NCBI GenBank assembly: GCA_963770805.1
Contig: CAVYQU010000011.1
Coordinates: forward strand, 574,221 to 638,220
Length of the DNA: 64,000 bases
Reading direction: 5' to 3'
From: an uncultured Solirubrobacterales bacterium
Lineage (GTDB): Bacteria; Actinomycetota; Thermoleophilia; Solirubrobacterales; Solirubrobacteraceae
Shown here: positions 1-10,291 of the stretch, one piece after another
Position numbering within the stretch: position 1 is the first letter of the stretch
Layout: every line of letters begins with the position of its first letter
Program-made: the position numbers and the translations under genes
Notes under the pieces: generated by a model
The model's database searches: none
Told to the model about the DNA's origin: nothing
Seen by the model: the letters and a program-made list of their open reading frames with translations, nothing else

Positions 1-99
1 CTGGTCCTGCAGCTCGGGTTGGCGGCGGTGATGCTTGCCTCCGGCGGGCTGCTTCGGGGCCGGACGCCGCGGCCCGAGTAGGCGCCCACTCTCGCGCTC

Positions 100-522
100 A
101 TGCCGCGCGTGCAGGAGACGACCGGACCGGCGGAGACCGAGGCGATCGCCGGCGAGCTCGCCGAGGGCCTGCGGCCAGGTGACGTGGTGCTCGTCGAGGG
201 CGAGCTGGGGGCGGGGAAGACGACGTTCATCCGCGGCGCCTGCGGCGCGCTCGGCGTCACGGCGCAGGTGACAAGTCCCACCTTCACGATCGGGCAGCGC
301 TATCGAGGGCCGGTCCCCGTCTCTCATCTCGACCTGTACCGGATCGCCGACCTCGGCGCCGAGGATCCGGATCTGCTCGCCGACTACCTGCGGCCGGAGG
401 CGATCGTCTTCGTTGAATGGCCTGGCGGGGCGGAGCGGGAGATCGCCGCGCTCGCCCGGATCGCCCTCCGCGTCAAGCTCGAGCATGCCGGCGGCGACCG
501 CCGCCGGGTGGAGATCCGGTGA
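100..522 (+). CDS. tsaE: tRNA t6A biosynthesis ATPase TsaE
   Basis: Walker A GELGAGKTT, VTSPTF and HLDLYR motifs; first gene of the tsaE-tsaB-rimI-tsaD cluster. Confidence 0.95.
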   Translation: MPRVQETTGPAETEAIAGELAEGLRPGDVVLVEGELGAGKTTFIRGACGALGVTAQVTSPTFTIGQRYRGPVPVSHLDLYRIADLGAEDPDLLADYLRPEAIVFVEWPGGAEREIAALARIALRVKLEHAGGDRRRVEIR

Positions 523-1271
523 GGATCCTCGCCTTCGACACCGCCACGCCGGCCACCGTGACCGCGCTATGCGACTTCTCCGCGGGCGGGATCCTCGCCG
601 AGGCCCGACACGATCGGGCGGCTTGTGAGCGTCCCGCGCACGTCACCGAGTTGATGGCACAGATCGTCGACCTGCTGGAGCGAACCGGCACGTCCTGGAC
701 GGCGCTCGATCGCATTGCCGTCGGGGTGGGCCCTGGCACGTTCACCGGCCTGCGAATCGGAATCGCCACGGCGCGGGCGCTCGCGCAGGCCCATGGACTT
801 CCGCTCGTCGCGGTCTCCACGCTCGAGTCGCTGGCCCTCGAGGCTCGCCGCAGCGGACCGAAGCGCGATGCCGTCGTCGCCGTGCTCGATGCCCGCCGCG
901 GCGAGGCCTTCGCCGCCGCGTGGGCCTCGCCGTGGGACCTGCGAGGCCACGACGCCGCGCCGACAGTCGACGCCACGCCGGTTCTCGGCAAGCAACTCTG
1001 GCCGCCGGAGGCGCTGACCCCCGAGCGACTCGCGGCGCGCATTCCCCCGGGCTCGCTGGCGATCGGTGACGGCGCGGTAAAATTCCGGGACGTTCTCGAG
1101 GGCTCGGGGGCCTCCGTACCGCCGCCCGATTCGCAGCTCCACAGGGTCACCGCGGTCAGCCACTGCCGCCTCGCTCAGAGCCTGCCCGCGAGCACCCCGG
1201 ACGAGGTCCTTCCGCACTACCTCCGCCTTCCTGACGCCGAGATCACCCGCCGCACCGCTCGAGACTCATGA
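519..1271 (+). CDS. tsaB: tRNA t6A biosynthesis protein TsaB
   Basis: GTG at 519 overlaps tsaE stop; ILAFDTAT, GVGPGTFTGLRIG and DARRGE motifs. Confidence 0.93.
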   Translation: MRILAFDTATPATVTALCDFSAGGILAEARHDRAACERPAHVTELMAQIVDLLERTGTSWTALDRIAVGVGPGTFTGLRIGIATARALAQAHGLPLVAVSTLESLALEARRSGPKRDAVVAVLDARRGEAFAAAWASPWDLRGHDAAPTVDATPVLGKQLWPPEALTPERLAARIPPGSLAIGDGAVKFRDVLEGSGASVPPPDSQLHRVTAVSHCRLAQSLPASTPDEVLPHYLRLPDAEITRRTARDS

Positions 1272-1798
1272 CCACCAAGAACGCCACGATCCGCTCGCTG
1301 TCCTACTCGGACCTCCCCCAGGTCATCGCGATCGAGCGTCGCTCGTTCCCGACTCCGTGGTCGCTGGCGATGTTCGTGCTCGAGCTCTCCAAGCCCTCGG
1401 GCGTCTGCCTGACCGCGGTCGAGCGCGCTGAGCCGGCGAGGGCCGTGGCCGGGGATGGCAACCGGCCCGCCCGCGCGCGGCGTGAGAAGGTGGTCGGATA
1501 CCTGGTCTGCTCTCGCTACGACCAGGTCTTTCACCTGATGAACATCGCAGTGGACCCCTCGACGCGGCGCCGCGGCCTTGGCGCGGCGCTGCTCCAGGCG
1601 ATGATCGCGCGGGCTGGGGAGGACGAGGCGTACACGCTCGAGGTTCGCACCTCGAATGCTCCGGCGATCGCCCTCTACGAACGGTTCGGCTTCCGCTCGG
1701 TCGGCACGCGGCCGCGCTACTACGTGGACACCGGCGAGGACGCGATGATCATGTGGCGGACCACCGAGATCGCCTCGGACTCCGGAGCGCACGGCTGA
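1268..1798 (+). CDS. rimI: Ribosomal protein alanine N-acetyltransferase RimI
   Basis: GNAT motifs NIAVDP..RRRGLG, LEVRTSN, RPRYY..GEDAMIM; canonical position. Confidence 0.92.
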   Translation: MTTKNATIRSLSYSDLPQVIAIERRSFPTPWSLAMFVLELSKPSGVCLTAVERAEPARAVAGDGNRPARARREKVVGYLVCSRYDQVFHLMNIAVDPSTRRRGLGAALLQAMIARAGEDEAYTLEVRTSNAPAIALYERFGFRSVGTRPRYYVDTGEDAMIMWRTTEIASDSGAHG

Positions 1799-2808
1799 TG
1801 GCGCAGGACGCCGTGATCCTGGCGCTGGAGACGAGCTGCGACGACACGTGCGCCGCGGTGGTGGGCGCCTCCGGCGAGATCCGTTCCAACGTGATCTCCT
1901 CTCAGGGGATCCACGACCGGTACGGCGGTGTCGTGCCGGAGGTCGCCTCCCGTCACCACCTGGAGCTGATCGGAGCCGTGCTCGACGAGGCTCTCAGGCA
2001 GGCCGGCACCTCGCTGCCGGAGGTGAGCTTGGTTGCCGTGACGAGCGGGCCGGGCCTCGTCGGCGCGCTGCTCGTCGGCGTGTCCACGGCCAAGGCGCTC
2101 GCGGCGGCCCACCGGTTGCCGCTCGCCGCGGTGGACCACCTCCATGGCCATGTCGCCGCCAGCTTCCTTTCCCCCGAGCCGTTCGAGCCGCCGTTCGTCA
2201 GCCTGATCGCCAGCGGCGGTCACACACTGCTGGCCCGGGTCCGCGACCACGGTCCCGCCTTCGAGGTGCTCGGCCAGACGCTCGACGATGCCGCCGGCGA
2301 GGCGTTCGACAAGGGAGCGCGGATGCTCGGCCTCGGCTATCCGGGCGGCGCCGCGCTCGAGCGCCTGGCCTCCGAGGGCGATGCCGAGGCATTCTCGTTC
2401 CCGGTCGCCGCTCGCTTGCCCGGCCTCGATTTCTCCTTCGCCGGGCTCAAGACCGCGCTGCTCTACCGCACGCGAGAGCTCGGGCCCGAGGAGAGCGAGC
2501 GCCGAGCCGCCGACCTGGCCGCCTCCTATCAGCACGCGATCGTCGAATCGCTCGCCCTGCGTGTCGAGCGGGCCTTGCTGCAGACCGGGCTCGAGCGCCT
2601 GGCCATCGGCGGCGGCGTGGCCGCGAACTCGCCGCTGCGTGAGCGACTGAGCCGGATCGGGGTCGAGGTCGACATCCCCCCGCGCGAGCTATGCACCGAC
2701 AACGCCGCGATGATCGCCAGCGCCGCTCGCTACGTCCGGGCGCAGGCGTTCCCGGAGTATCTCAGGCTCGATGTCTACGCGAGCGGGGAACGGGCGCTGG
2801 CCGCGTGA
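1798..2808 (+). CDS. tsaD: tRNA t6A carbamoyltransferase TsaD
   Basis: LALETSCDDT, GGVVPEVASRHH, HLHGH, DDAAGEAFDK, CTDNAAMI; ATG at 1798. Confidence 0.96.
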   Translation: MAQDAVILALETSCDDTCAAVVGASGEIRSNVISSQGIHDRYGGVVPEVASRHHLELIGAVLDEALRQAGTSLPEVSLVAVTSGPGLVGALLVGVSTAKALAAAHRLPLAAVDHLHGHVAASFLSPEPFEPPFVSLIASGGHTLLARVRDHGPAFEVLGQTLDDAAGEAFDKGARMLGLGYPGGAALERLASEGDAEAFSFPVAARLPGLDFSFAGLKTALLYRTRELGPEESERRAADLAASYQHAIVESLALRVERALLQTGLERLAIGGGVAANSPLRERLSRIGVEVDIPPRELCTDNAAMIASAARYVRAQAFPEYLRLDVYASGERALAA

Positions 2809-3068
2809 GCGCCGTCGTGACGCTGTACGGCCGGCCCGGCTGCTGCTTGTGCGACGACGCGCGCGAGCTGCTGCTCCGTGTCCGTGACCGTCGTCCGTTC
2901 ACCCTCGTCGAACTGGACATCGAGCAGGACCCCGAGCTCCATCGCCGGTATCTCGAGCGGATTCCCGTGGTCGAGGTGGATGGGGTGCCGGAGTTCGAGT
3001 TCTTCGTCGACGAGGCCCGCCTCGAGGCGATGCTCTCCAAGTCCCGGCCTTCAAAGGCCCACCTGTAG
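2805..3068 (+). CDS. Glutaredoxin-like protein (DUF836 type)
   Basis: TLYGRPGCCLCDDA CxxC and IPVVEVDG; GTG overlapping tsaD stop. Confidence 0.85.
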   Translation: MSAVVTLYGRPGCCLCDDARELLLRVRDRRPFTLVELDIEQDPELHRRYLERIPVVEVDGVPEFEFFVDEARLEAMLSKSRPSKAHL

Positions 3069-3081
3069 AGTTGCGCGTCGG

Positions 3082-3756
3082 ATGAGCTACACGGTCGGCC
3101 GCGGTACCGAAAGCGCTCAGCTGGACGTCGATAAGCCTGGGGAGAAGCTCTCGCTCGGCGTGGCGGCCCGTCTGTCGCGCTACCTGCAGGTTCTCACGCA
3201 GGCCCGCAAGATGGGCAAGGAGACCATCTCCTCTCAGGAGCTGGCCGACTACACGCACGTGAACTCGACCCAGATCCGTCGCGACCTGTCCGGATTCGGC
3301 AAGTTCGGCAAGCGGGGCGTGGGCTACAACGTCGAGTCGCTGGTGACACAGATCCGCAAGATCCTGCGCACCTCCGGGCAGCACAACATCGCGCTGTTCG
3401 GCGCCGGCCATCTCGGCATCGCCATCGCCACATCGGACATCTTCGGCGACCACGGCTTCCGTGTCGTGGCCGTGTTCGACGTCGATGAGGACAAGGTCGG
3501 CACCGAGATCGGCAGCCTGACCGTTCGCCACAACAGCGAGCTGCGCGAGGTGATCGAGGACCAGGACATCGTCGTGGCCGTACTCGCGGTGCCCTCGGGC
3601 GCCGCCCAGCGTGTGGCCAACGATCTCGTCGACGCCGGAGTGAAGATCATCTTCAACTACTCCGACGCGCTGCTCCAGGTCCCGCCAGAGGTCACCGTCC
3701 ACACCTCGAGCCCCGCTGTCGACCTGCTCTACGCGCTCTACTTCTACCTGACCTAA
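3082..3756 (+). CDS. rex: Redox-sensing transcriptional repressor Rex
   Basis: RLSRYL..ISSQELA..QIRRDLS.FG.FGKRGVGY winged helix plus GAGHLG Rossmann motif. Confidence 0.95.
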   Translation: MSYTVGRGTESAQLDVDKPGEKLSLGVAARLSRYLQVLTQARKMGKETISSQELADYTHVNSTQIRRDLSGFGKFGKRGVGYNVESLVTQIRKILRTSGQHNIALFGAGHLGIAIATSDIFGDHGFRVVAVFDVDEDKVGTEIGSLTVRHNSELREVIEDQDIVVAVLAVPSGAAQRVANDLVDAGVKIIFNYSDALLQVPPEVTVHTSSPAVDLLYALYFYLT

Positions 3757-3768
3757 GGTTCCGCGACC

Positions 3769-4932
3769 GTGGACCTCGACCTCACAGCCGCGCACGCGGC
3801 CTTCGAAGCTTCGACCGACTTCACCGTCGGCCTCGAGGAGGAGTTCGCCCTGCTCGATCCGGCCGACCTCGGCCTCACCCCCCGGTTCGAGGAGGTCATC
3901 GCTGCCGCCGCCGATGACGAGGTGCTGTCCGGCTCGATCGCCGGAGAGCTGATCTCCTCGGAAATCGAGATCCGCTCGGGGCGCGGCGATGACTTCGCCG
4001 CGGCCGTGCTGGCGCAGCGCGATCATCGCCGCCGCCTGTTCGCACTGGCCGATCGACTCGGGGTCGGTCTCGGCTCCACGGCAACGCACCCGTGGTCGGA
4101 CTACCGCGAGCAGAAGATCATCCAGACCGAGCACTATCGCCGGGTCGAAGAGGGTCTCAAGTACGTGGCCTGGCGCAACAACACCTTCTCGCTGCACGTC
4201 CACGTCGGGATACGGGGCGCCGACCGAGCCGTGCTGATCTGCGACCGGCTCCGACCGGTGCTGCCGCTGCTGCTGGCGATCTCCGCCGACTCGCCCTTCC
4301 TCGACGGTCGTGACTCGGGCCTGCACAGCGCACGCACCCAGACGTTCACCCGGAGCTTCCCCCGCTGCGGGATCCCCGATCCGTTCGGCAGCTGGGACGC
4401 CCTCGCCCAGTACATCGATTTCCTCATCCGGACCCGCTCAATCGTCGAATACACGCAGGTGTGGTGGTCGGTGCGACCCCATTTCTACTTCGGCACCGTC
4501 GAGGTGCGGATCTGCGATGCCCAGGCCACGGCCGCCGAATCCGAGGGGGTGGCCGGGCTGATCGTGGCCTGCGTGGCCCAGGCCGCGCGTGACCTCGACG
4601 AGGGGGTCCCGTTCACCGACCTTCCCGGCCGCCTGATCGAGGAGAACATGTGGCGGGCGATCCGCTACGGCCTCGACGGTGAGATGCTCGACCTCGAGAC
4701 CGGCGAGCCGTTGCCCGCGGCCGCGGGACTCGAGCGGCTTCTGCAATGGTCGGCACCCGTCCGGGCCGAGCTGGGGATCGAGGTCTCGCTGCCGGACCTC
4801 AATGGGGCCCAGCGCCAGCGCCGGATGGTGGAGGCGGGGCTGCCGATCAGCGAGATCTACGCCACCGTGGTCGATGACACTCGCGAAACGTATTCTGCAA
4901 GCTCTCAGCGAGGTGCGGAGGTAAGAAGATGA
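3769..4932 (+). CDS. Glutamate--cysteine ligase family 2 (YbdK-like carboxylate-amine ligase)
   Basis: TVGLEEEF, SEIEIRS, SLHVHVG, SPF, WWSVRPH..FGTVEVRICD, ENMWRAIRYG. Confidence 0.9.
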   Translation: MDLDLTAAHAAFEASTDFTVGLEEEFALLDPADLGLTPRFEEVIAAAADDEVLSGSIAGELISSEIEIRSGRGDDFAAAVLAQRDHRRRLFALADRLGVGLGSTATHPWSDYREQKIIQTEHYRRVEEGLKYVAWRNNTFSLHVHVGIRGADRAVLICDRLRPVLPLLLAISADSPFLDGRDSGLHSARTQTFTRSFPRCGIPDPFGSWDALAQYIDFLIRTRSIVEYTQVWWSVRPHFYFGTVEVRICDAQATAAESEGVAGLIVACVAQAARDLDEGVPFTDLPGRLIEENMWRAIRYGLDGEMLDLETGEPLPAAAGLERLLQWSAPVRAELGIEVSLPDLNGAQRQRRMVEAGLPISEIYATVVDDTRETYSASSQRGAEVRR

Positions 4933-5486
4933 GCAGTCCGGGAGACCCGTCGGCCGCCGGCGGCCAGCCCACCGAGGAGGAGCTGCGCGCTGCCTATGAG
5001 GCCGAGATCAAGAAGATCCGAGTCGAACAGGTGCTGCTCGAGCACGTGGTGACGCTGATCAACCTTGGCATGCGGCGCACGGGCCTGACCCCGGGCACCG
5101 AGAGCGAGCGCGACCTCGAGCAGGTCCGGCTCGCGATCGAGGGCGTGCGTGGTCTCCTGCCGGTCGTCGAGCAGGCCGCGCCGGCGCAGGCGCGGCCGAT
5201 CCGCGACGCCCTGTCGCAGCTACAGATGGCGTTTGTGAGGATCGGTGGCAGCGGGCGGGCCGGCGAGGCCCAGCCGGCAGCGGCCGGTGCCCCGCCGCCG
5301 CCGGGCAGTCCGGGTGCCCCGCCACGGCCGGGCCCGGGTGGCCCGCACCCCGGGGACCCGGGCGCCGCGTCACCCGGTGGGACGCACCCCGGCGGCGAGC
5401 CGCAGCCAGGTGGCGAGACCCAGCCTGGCGAGGGTCAGCCGGGACCGGCGCAGCGCAGCGGGCGTCTCTGGGTCCCGGGGCAGTAA
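4929..5486 (+). CDS. DUF1844-like protein with Pro/Gly-rich tail
   Basis: RDLEQVRLAIE..RDALSQLQMAFV helical core; start overlaps the upstream stop. Confidence 0.6.
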   Translation: MSSPGDPSAAGGQPTEEELRAAYEAEIKKIRVEQVLLEHVVTLINLGMRRTGLTPGTESERDLEQVRLAIEGVRGLLPVVEQAAPAQARPIRDALSQLQMAFVRIGGSGRAGEAQPAAAGAPPPPGSPGAPPRPGPGGPHPGDPGAASPGGTHPGGEPQPGGETQPGEGQPGPAQRSGRLWVPGQ

Positions 5487-5641
5487 AGCCCCGCCGCAGA
5501 GCGTTTCGCCGCCGCTCCCGCTAGACTCGGCTCGTCAATTCATGGGCCTCCGCTCGATGCACCGGGTGGCGGCCCATTGCCGTTGTTTGGCTGCGCGTCG
5601 CGCGCCTCCTTTCGATTCCCAGAGCTTCCGGAGGATCCTTC

Positions 5642-7759
5642 TTGACTAGCTTTCTGACGCAACACGGCGTCCTTGTTGCGCTCGTGTGCGCGGGCTGCGC
5701 GCTCGTGTACGGGGCCGTCACCTCGAGGGCGCTGCTCGCGCTGCCCGCCGGCAACGAGCGCATGCGCGCGATCTCGGCCGCCGTCCAGGAGGGCGCCACC
5801 GCCTACCTCAACCGGCAGTACACGACGATCGCGGGGGTCGGCGTGATCCTGTTCATCGTTCTGATCCCGCTGCAGAACATCCGGGTGGCGATCGGCTTCC
5901 TGATCGGCGGTGTCCTCTCGGCCTCCGCCGGCTACATCGGCATGAACGTTTCGGTGCGCGCCAACGCGCGCGTGGCCGAGTCCGCCCGTGGCGGTATCTC
6001 TCCCGCCCTCGCCGTGGCCTTCCGCGGCGGCGCGGTTACCGGTCTGCTGGTGGTCGGCCTCGCCCTGCTCGGCGTTGCCGGCTACTACGGCATCCTCACC
6101 TGGATCCTCGGCGAGAGCTCTCGCCATGCGGTCGACGCCCTGATCGGCCTCGGCTTCGGTGGCTCGCTGATCTCGGTCTTCGCCCGACTGGGCGGCGGCA
6201 TCTTCACCAAGGCGGCCGACGTGGGCGCCGACCTGGTCGGCAAGATCGAGGCCGGCATCCCCGAGGACGATCCGCGCAACCCGGCGGTGATCGCGGACAA
6301 CGTCGGCGACAACGTCGGCGACTGCGCCGGCATGGCCGCGGACCTGTTCGAGACCTACGCGGTCACCGCGGTGGCCGTGATGCTGCTCGGCGTGCTTCTG
6401 TTCCGCCAGCAGTCCGCGGTCGCCCTCTACCCCCTCGTGCTCGGTGCCGTGTCGATCATCGCCTCGATCATCGGCACCTTCGCCGTCCGGTCCAAGAGCG
6501 GCAACGTCGAGCGCGCGCTCTACCAGGGCCTGGTCCTGTCCGGAGGCCTGGCCGCGCTGGCCTTCCTCCCGATCACCTACTGGATGATGAAGAACCTCAC
6601 CCTGAAGGCCGTCACGGTGCACGCCGCGTCGGTGACCGGCGGCCAGGGGTCGATCACGGCGGTGGCCGTCCATCCGACGGCCGCCCCGCACTGGTGGAAG
6701 TTCTACCTGTGCGCGCTGATCGGAATCGCCGTCACGGCGTTCCTGTTCGTGATCACCGACTACTTCACCTCGACGCGGTTCGCGCCGGTGAAGAGCACCG
6801 CGCGCGCGTCACAGACCGGCCACGCCACGAACATCATCCAGGGCCTCGCCCAGGGCTTTCAGTCGACGGCGCCGCCGGCGATCGTGATCGCCCTCGGCAT
6901 CCTCGGCGCCTGGAAGCTGGCCGGCGGCGGCAGCGACGGGATCTACGGCATCGGCGTGGCGGTGATGGCGCAGCTGTCGCTGACCGGGCTGATCGTCGCT
7001 CTCGACGCCTTCGGCCCGATCACCGACAATGCCGGCGGCATCGCCGAGATGGCGGACCTGCCGGAAGAGGTGCGCAACGTCACCGATCCGCTCGACGCGG
7101 TCGGCAACACCACCAAGGCCGTGACGAAGGGATACGCGATCGGCTCGGCCGCACTCGCCGCACTGGTCCTCTTCAATGCGTTCCAGCGCGAGTTGCCGAA
7201 GGCGTACGACTTCGCCATCGGTTACCCGCCCGTGCTGATCGGGCTGCTGCTCGGCGGCATGATGGTCTACCTGTTCGCGTCACTGGCCATGGAGGCCGTC
7301 GGGCGCGCCGGCGGTGCCGTGGTCGAGGAGGTCCGGCGCCAGTTCCGCGAGAAGCCGGGGATCATGGAGGGAACCGATCAGCCCGAGTACGGTGCCGCGG
7401 TCGCCCTGGTGACCCGAGCCGCCCAGCGCGAGATGATCCTCCCGTCGCTGATCCCGATCCTCATCCCGCTGATCGTCGGCCTGATCAGTGTCGAGGCCCT
7501 TGGCGGTCTGCTGATGGGCGTGATCGTGGTCGGCCTGTTCATGGCCATCTCGATGACCTCGGGCGGCGGTGCCTGGGACAACGCCAAGAAGCTGATCGAG
7601 GACGGCGCCTTCGGCGGCAAGGGCTCCGAGGCCCACGCCGCTGCCGTCACCGGCGACACGGTCGGCGATCCGTACAAGGACACCGCCGGCCCAGCGATCA
7701 ACCCGATGATCAAGGTCGCCAACATCGTGGCCTTGTTGATCATCCCGCTCATCACGTAG
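5642..7759 (+). CDS. hppA: Membrane pyrophosphatase, K+-independent H+-translocating type
   Basis: [49 protein letters not shown] (Lys marks the K+-independent type), [11 protein letters not shown]; TTG start after GGAGG. Confidence 0.95.
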   Translation: MTSFLTQHGVLVALVCAGCALVYGAVTSRALLALPAGNERMRAISAAVQEGATAYLNRQYTTIAGVGVILFIVLIPLQNIRVAIGFLIGGVLSASAGYIGMNVSVRANARVAESARGGISPALAVAFRGGAVTGLLVVGLALLGVAGYYGILTWILGESSRHAVDALIGLGFGGSLISVFARLGGGIFTKAADVGADLVGKIEAGIPEDDPRNPAVIADNVGDNVGDCAGMAADLFETYAVTAVAVMLLGVLLFRQQSAVALYPLVLGAVSIIASIIGTFAVRSKSGNVERALYQGLVLSGGLAALAFLPITYWMMKNLTLKAVTVHAASVTGGQGSITAVAVHPTAAPHWWKFYLCALIGIAVTAFLFVITDYFTSTRFAPVKSTARASQTGHATNIIQGLAQGFQSTAPPAIVIALGILGAWKLAGGGSDGIYGIGVAVMAQLSLTGLIVALDAFGPITDNAGGIAEMADLPEEVRNVTDPLDAVGNTTKAVTKGYAIGSAALAALVLFNAFQRELPKAYDFAIGYPPVLIGLLLGGMMVYLFASLAMEAVGRAGGAVVEEVRRQFREKPGIMEGTDQPEYGAAVALVTRAAQREMILPSLIPILIPLIVGLISVEALGGLLMGVIVVGLFMAISMTSGGGAWDNAKKLIEDGAFGGKGSEAHAAAVTGDTVGDPYKDTAGPAINPMIKVANIVALLIIPLIT

Positions 7760-7936
7760 CTCCGTTTGGCACCCCATCTGGGGGACGGGCTCACAATGGG
7801 TGGATGAGCTGCCTGCGCGGCCCGCGCGAGTCCCCCGGACGGCGCACCCAACTCCGCGGTCCTCGTGCGCGATCGGGCCACGGGCCCAGGGCGGCCACGC
7901 CTGCACACGAGCGCGCAGCCGTCTAGAGTCCAGCCC

Positions 7937-8356
7937 ATGTTCATCCTGATCGTTGGTTCAGGTCGAGTCGGGTCGGCGGTCGCCAAGCGAGCGCTCGACG
8001 CAGGACATGAGGTTTCCGTCATGGACAGCGACCCGCTGTCCCATGAGCGGCTCGACAAGGACCAGACCGTGACGTGGGAGGACTCCGGCGGAAGGTTCAC
8101 AGTCGGCACCGCCCTGGAGATCGACGGGCTGATCGAGGCCGGGATCGAGCAGGCCGACGTATTCCTGGCCGCCACCAGCGGCGACAACACCAACCTGGTG
8201 ATCGCGCAGATCGCCCAGCGGCGCTTCAACGTCCCGCGCGTCGTCGTCCGGGTGGCCGATCCCGGACGGGCGGCGTGGTACGCGGAGCAGGGGCTGCTCA
8301 CCATCTGTCCGACTCAGCAGGCGATCGATCAGGCCGAGCGCCTGGTGCTGGCATAG
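7937..8356 (+). CDS. TrkA-N (RCK_N) domain protein, short
   Basis: ILIVGSGRVG, LIEAGIEQAD.FLAAT.GDNTN; lacks RCK_C; ATG at 7937. Confidence 0.85.
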   Translation: MFILIVGSGRVGSAVAKRALDAGHEVSVMDSDPLSHERLDKDQTVTWEDSGGRFTVGTALEIDGLIEAGIEQADVFLAATSGDNTNLVIAQIAQRRFNVPRVVVRVADPGRAAWYAEQGLLTICPTQQAIDQAERLVLA

Positions 8357-8358
8357 CC

Positions 8359-9045
8359 ATGTCTGCCGAAGCCGTCTACGTGATCATCGCCGGCGCCGGC
8401 AAGGTGGGCTGGAACCTCGCGCGCGAGCTGATCGCCAAGGATCGCGAGGTGACGCTGATCGAGTCCGACCACGGCCGCTACCGCGTCGTGGCCGAGGAGC
8501 TCGAGCACGCCGTCCAGTACGGCGACGCAACCGAGCTGTGGGTGCTCGAGCGCGCCGGCATCCAGCGCGCAGACCTCGTCATCGCGGTCACCGGCGACGA
8601 CGAGGACAACATCCTCATCTGCCAGGTGGCCAAGGAGCGCTACGGCTGCCAGCGCATCGTCGCCCGCGTCAACAATCCGCGCAACCTCCAGCACTTCAAG
8701 CTGCTGGGGATCCAGCCGGCCGTGTCCGCCACCGACCTGATCCTCCGGCTGATCGAGCATGAGGTGCCCGAGTACGGGCTCATCCAGCTGCTCGCGCTCG
8801 AGGAGGAGCACCTTGAGATCATCGAGCTCGAGGTGGGGCATGGGGCGCCTGCCGCCGGCTGCCGGGTGCAGGACGTCAACCTTCCGGACGGCTCACTGAT
8901 CATCTCGGTGCTGCGCGGCGGCGCCGGCTTCGTCCCCAAGGCCGACTCGGTGATCCAGGCCGGCGACCAGGTGCTGCTGATCCTCGACCCCGGCCTCGAG
9001 GGCGATATCACCCCGCAGTTCGCCCCGAACGGTGCCGGCGGCTGA
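8359..9045 (+). CDS. trkA: TrkA/KtrA family potassium-uptake regulatory subunit (RCK_N+RCK_C)
   Basis: IIAGAGKVG, GDATE..LERAGI..AD, TGDDEDN, C-terminal RCK_C domain. Confidence 0.88.
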   Translation: MSAEAVYVIIAGAGKVGWNLARELIAKDREVTLIESDHGRYRVVAEELEHAVQYGDATELWVLERAGIQRADLVIAVTGDDEDNILICQVAKERYGCQRIVARVNNPRNLQHFKLLGIQPAVSATDLILRLIEHEVPEYGLIQLLALEEEHLEIIELEVGHGAPAAGCRVQDVNLPDGSLIISVLRGGAGFVPKADSVIQAGDQVLLILDPGLEGDITPQFAPNGAGG

Positions 9046-9052
9046 GCCCCCG

Positions 9053-10291
9053 GTGGCCGACCGTCACGTCGACTTCCTGCTGATCGGCGGCGGACTGGCC
9101 GCGGGAAACTGCGCCCGCTGGCTGCGGGAATCGGGCGCCGAAGGGTCGATCCTGCTCGTGGGCAGAGAGCCCGATCTGCCCTACAACCGGCCGCCGTGCT
9201 CGAAGGGCTACCTGCAGGGCAAGGAGTCGCGCGGAGAGACGCTGTTCCGCCCCGCCGAGTTCTTCCTCGAGCAGCAGATCGATGTGCTCACGCGCGTCTC
9301 GGCGATGAAGCTCGACACCGAAGACCGGACGGCCACGCTGTCGAACAAGCAGGTCATCAGCTTCTCCAAGGCACTGCTGGCGACGGGCGCCAACGTGAGC
9401 CGGCTGAACGTGCCGGGCTGCGAGCTCGACGGGATCCACTACCTACGGACGCTCGGCAACAGCGACACCATCCGCTCCGACGCGGCCGGGAAGCGGGTGG
9501 TGCTGATCGGCGGCTCCTACATCGCCAGTGAGGTCGCGGCGTCGCTCACCGAGCTCGGCTCCACCTGCACGATGGTCATGATCGAGCCGGTCGTTCTCAG
9601 CCGCGGCTTCGGCGAGCAGGCTGGCCGCTTCTTCCAGGACCGACTCGGGGAGCATGGGATCACCGTCCACGGCGGCCAGGAGCTCGACCGCTTCGAGGGG
9701 GCTGACGGGCGGGTCACCAAGGTGGTGACCAAGTCCGGGCTCGAGCTGGAGGCCGACGCCGTGGTGCTCGGCACCGGGGCGAAGCCCGATGTGATGCTCG
9801 CCCGCGCCGCCGGACTGAAGCTGGGGGAGAGCGGCGGGATCAAGGTCAGCTCCCGCCTCGAAACCTCGGTGCCGGGGATCTTCGCCGCCGGCGACGTGGC
9901 GGAGTACGACAGCGTCGTCCACGGCGGGTGCCCGCTGCGCATCGAGCACTGGGACGTGGCGTTCAGCCAGGGAAAGTACGCGGCGCTGAACATGGTCGGC
10001 CGCGACGCGCGCTACGACGTTGTGCCCTACTTCTTCTCCGACCTCTCCGACTGGGCCTCGCTCGAGTACGTCGGCCCGGCGGCGGACTGGGACCGCGAGC
10101 TCGTCCGCGGGTCGTTGCCCGAGGGAAGGTTCAGCATCTGGTACCTCAAGGACGGCCGCGTCGCCGCCGCGCTGTCGGTCGACCGGTCGTCTGATCTCGC
10201 GCATGCCCGCCGGCTGATCTCCGATGGCACCGAGCTCGGCGGCCGGGCTGACATGCTCGCCGATCTCTCGACCGACCTGGCCGAGCTCTAG
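9053..10291 (+). CDS. FAD/NAD(P)-dependent ferredoxin reductase-like oxidoreductase
   Basis: LIGGGLAAG, PYNRPPCSK, LLATGA, IGGSYIASE, IFAAGDVA, RIEHW, VPYFFSD. Confidence 0.88.
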   Translation: MADRHVDFLLIGGGLAAGNCARWLRESGAEGSILLVGREPDLPYNRPPCSKGYLQGKESRGETLFRPAEFFLEQQIDVLTRVSAMKLDTEDRTATLSNKQVISFSKALLATGANVSRLNVPGCELDGIHYLRTLGNSDTIRSDAAGKRVVLIGGSYIASEVAASLTELGSTCTMVMIEPVVLSRGFGEQAGRFFQDRLGEHGITVHGGQELDRFEGADGRVTKVVTKSGLELEADAVVLGTGAKPDVMLARAAGLKLGESGGIKVSSRLETSVPGIFAAGDVAEYDSVVHGGCPLRIEHWDVAFSQGKYAALNMVGRDARYDVVPYFFSDLSDWASLEYVGPAADWDRELVRGSLPEGRFSIWYLKDGRVAAALSVDRSSDLAHARRLISDGTELGGRADMLADLSTDLAEL

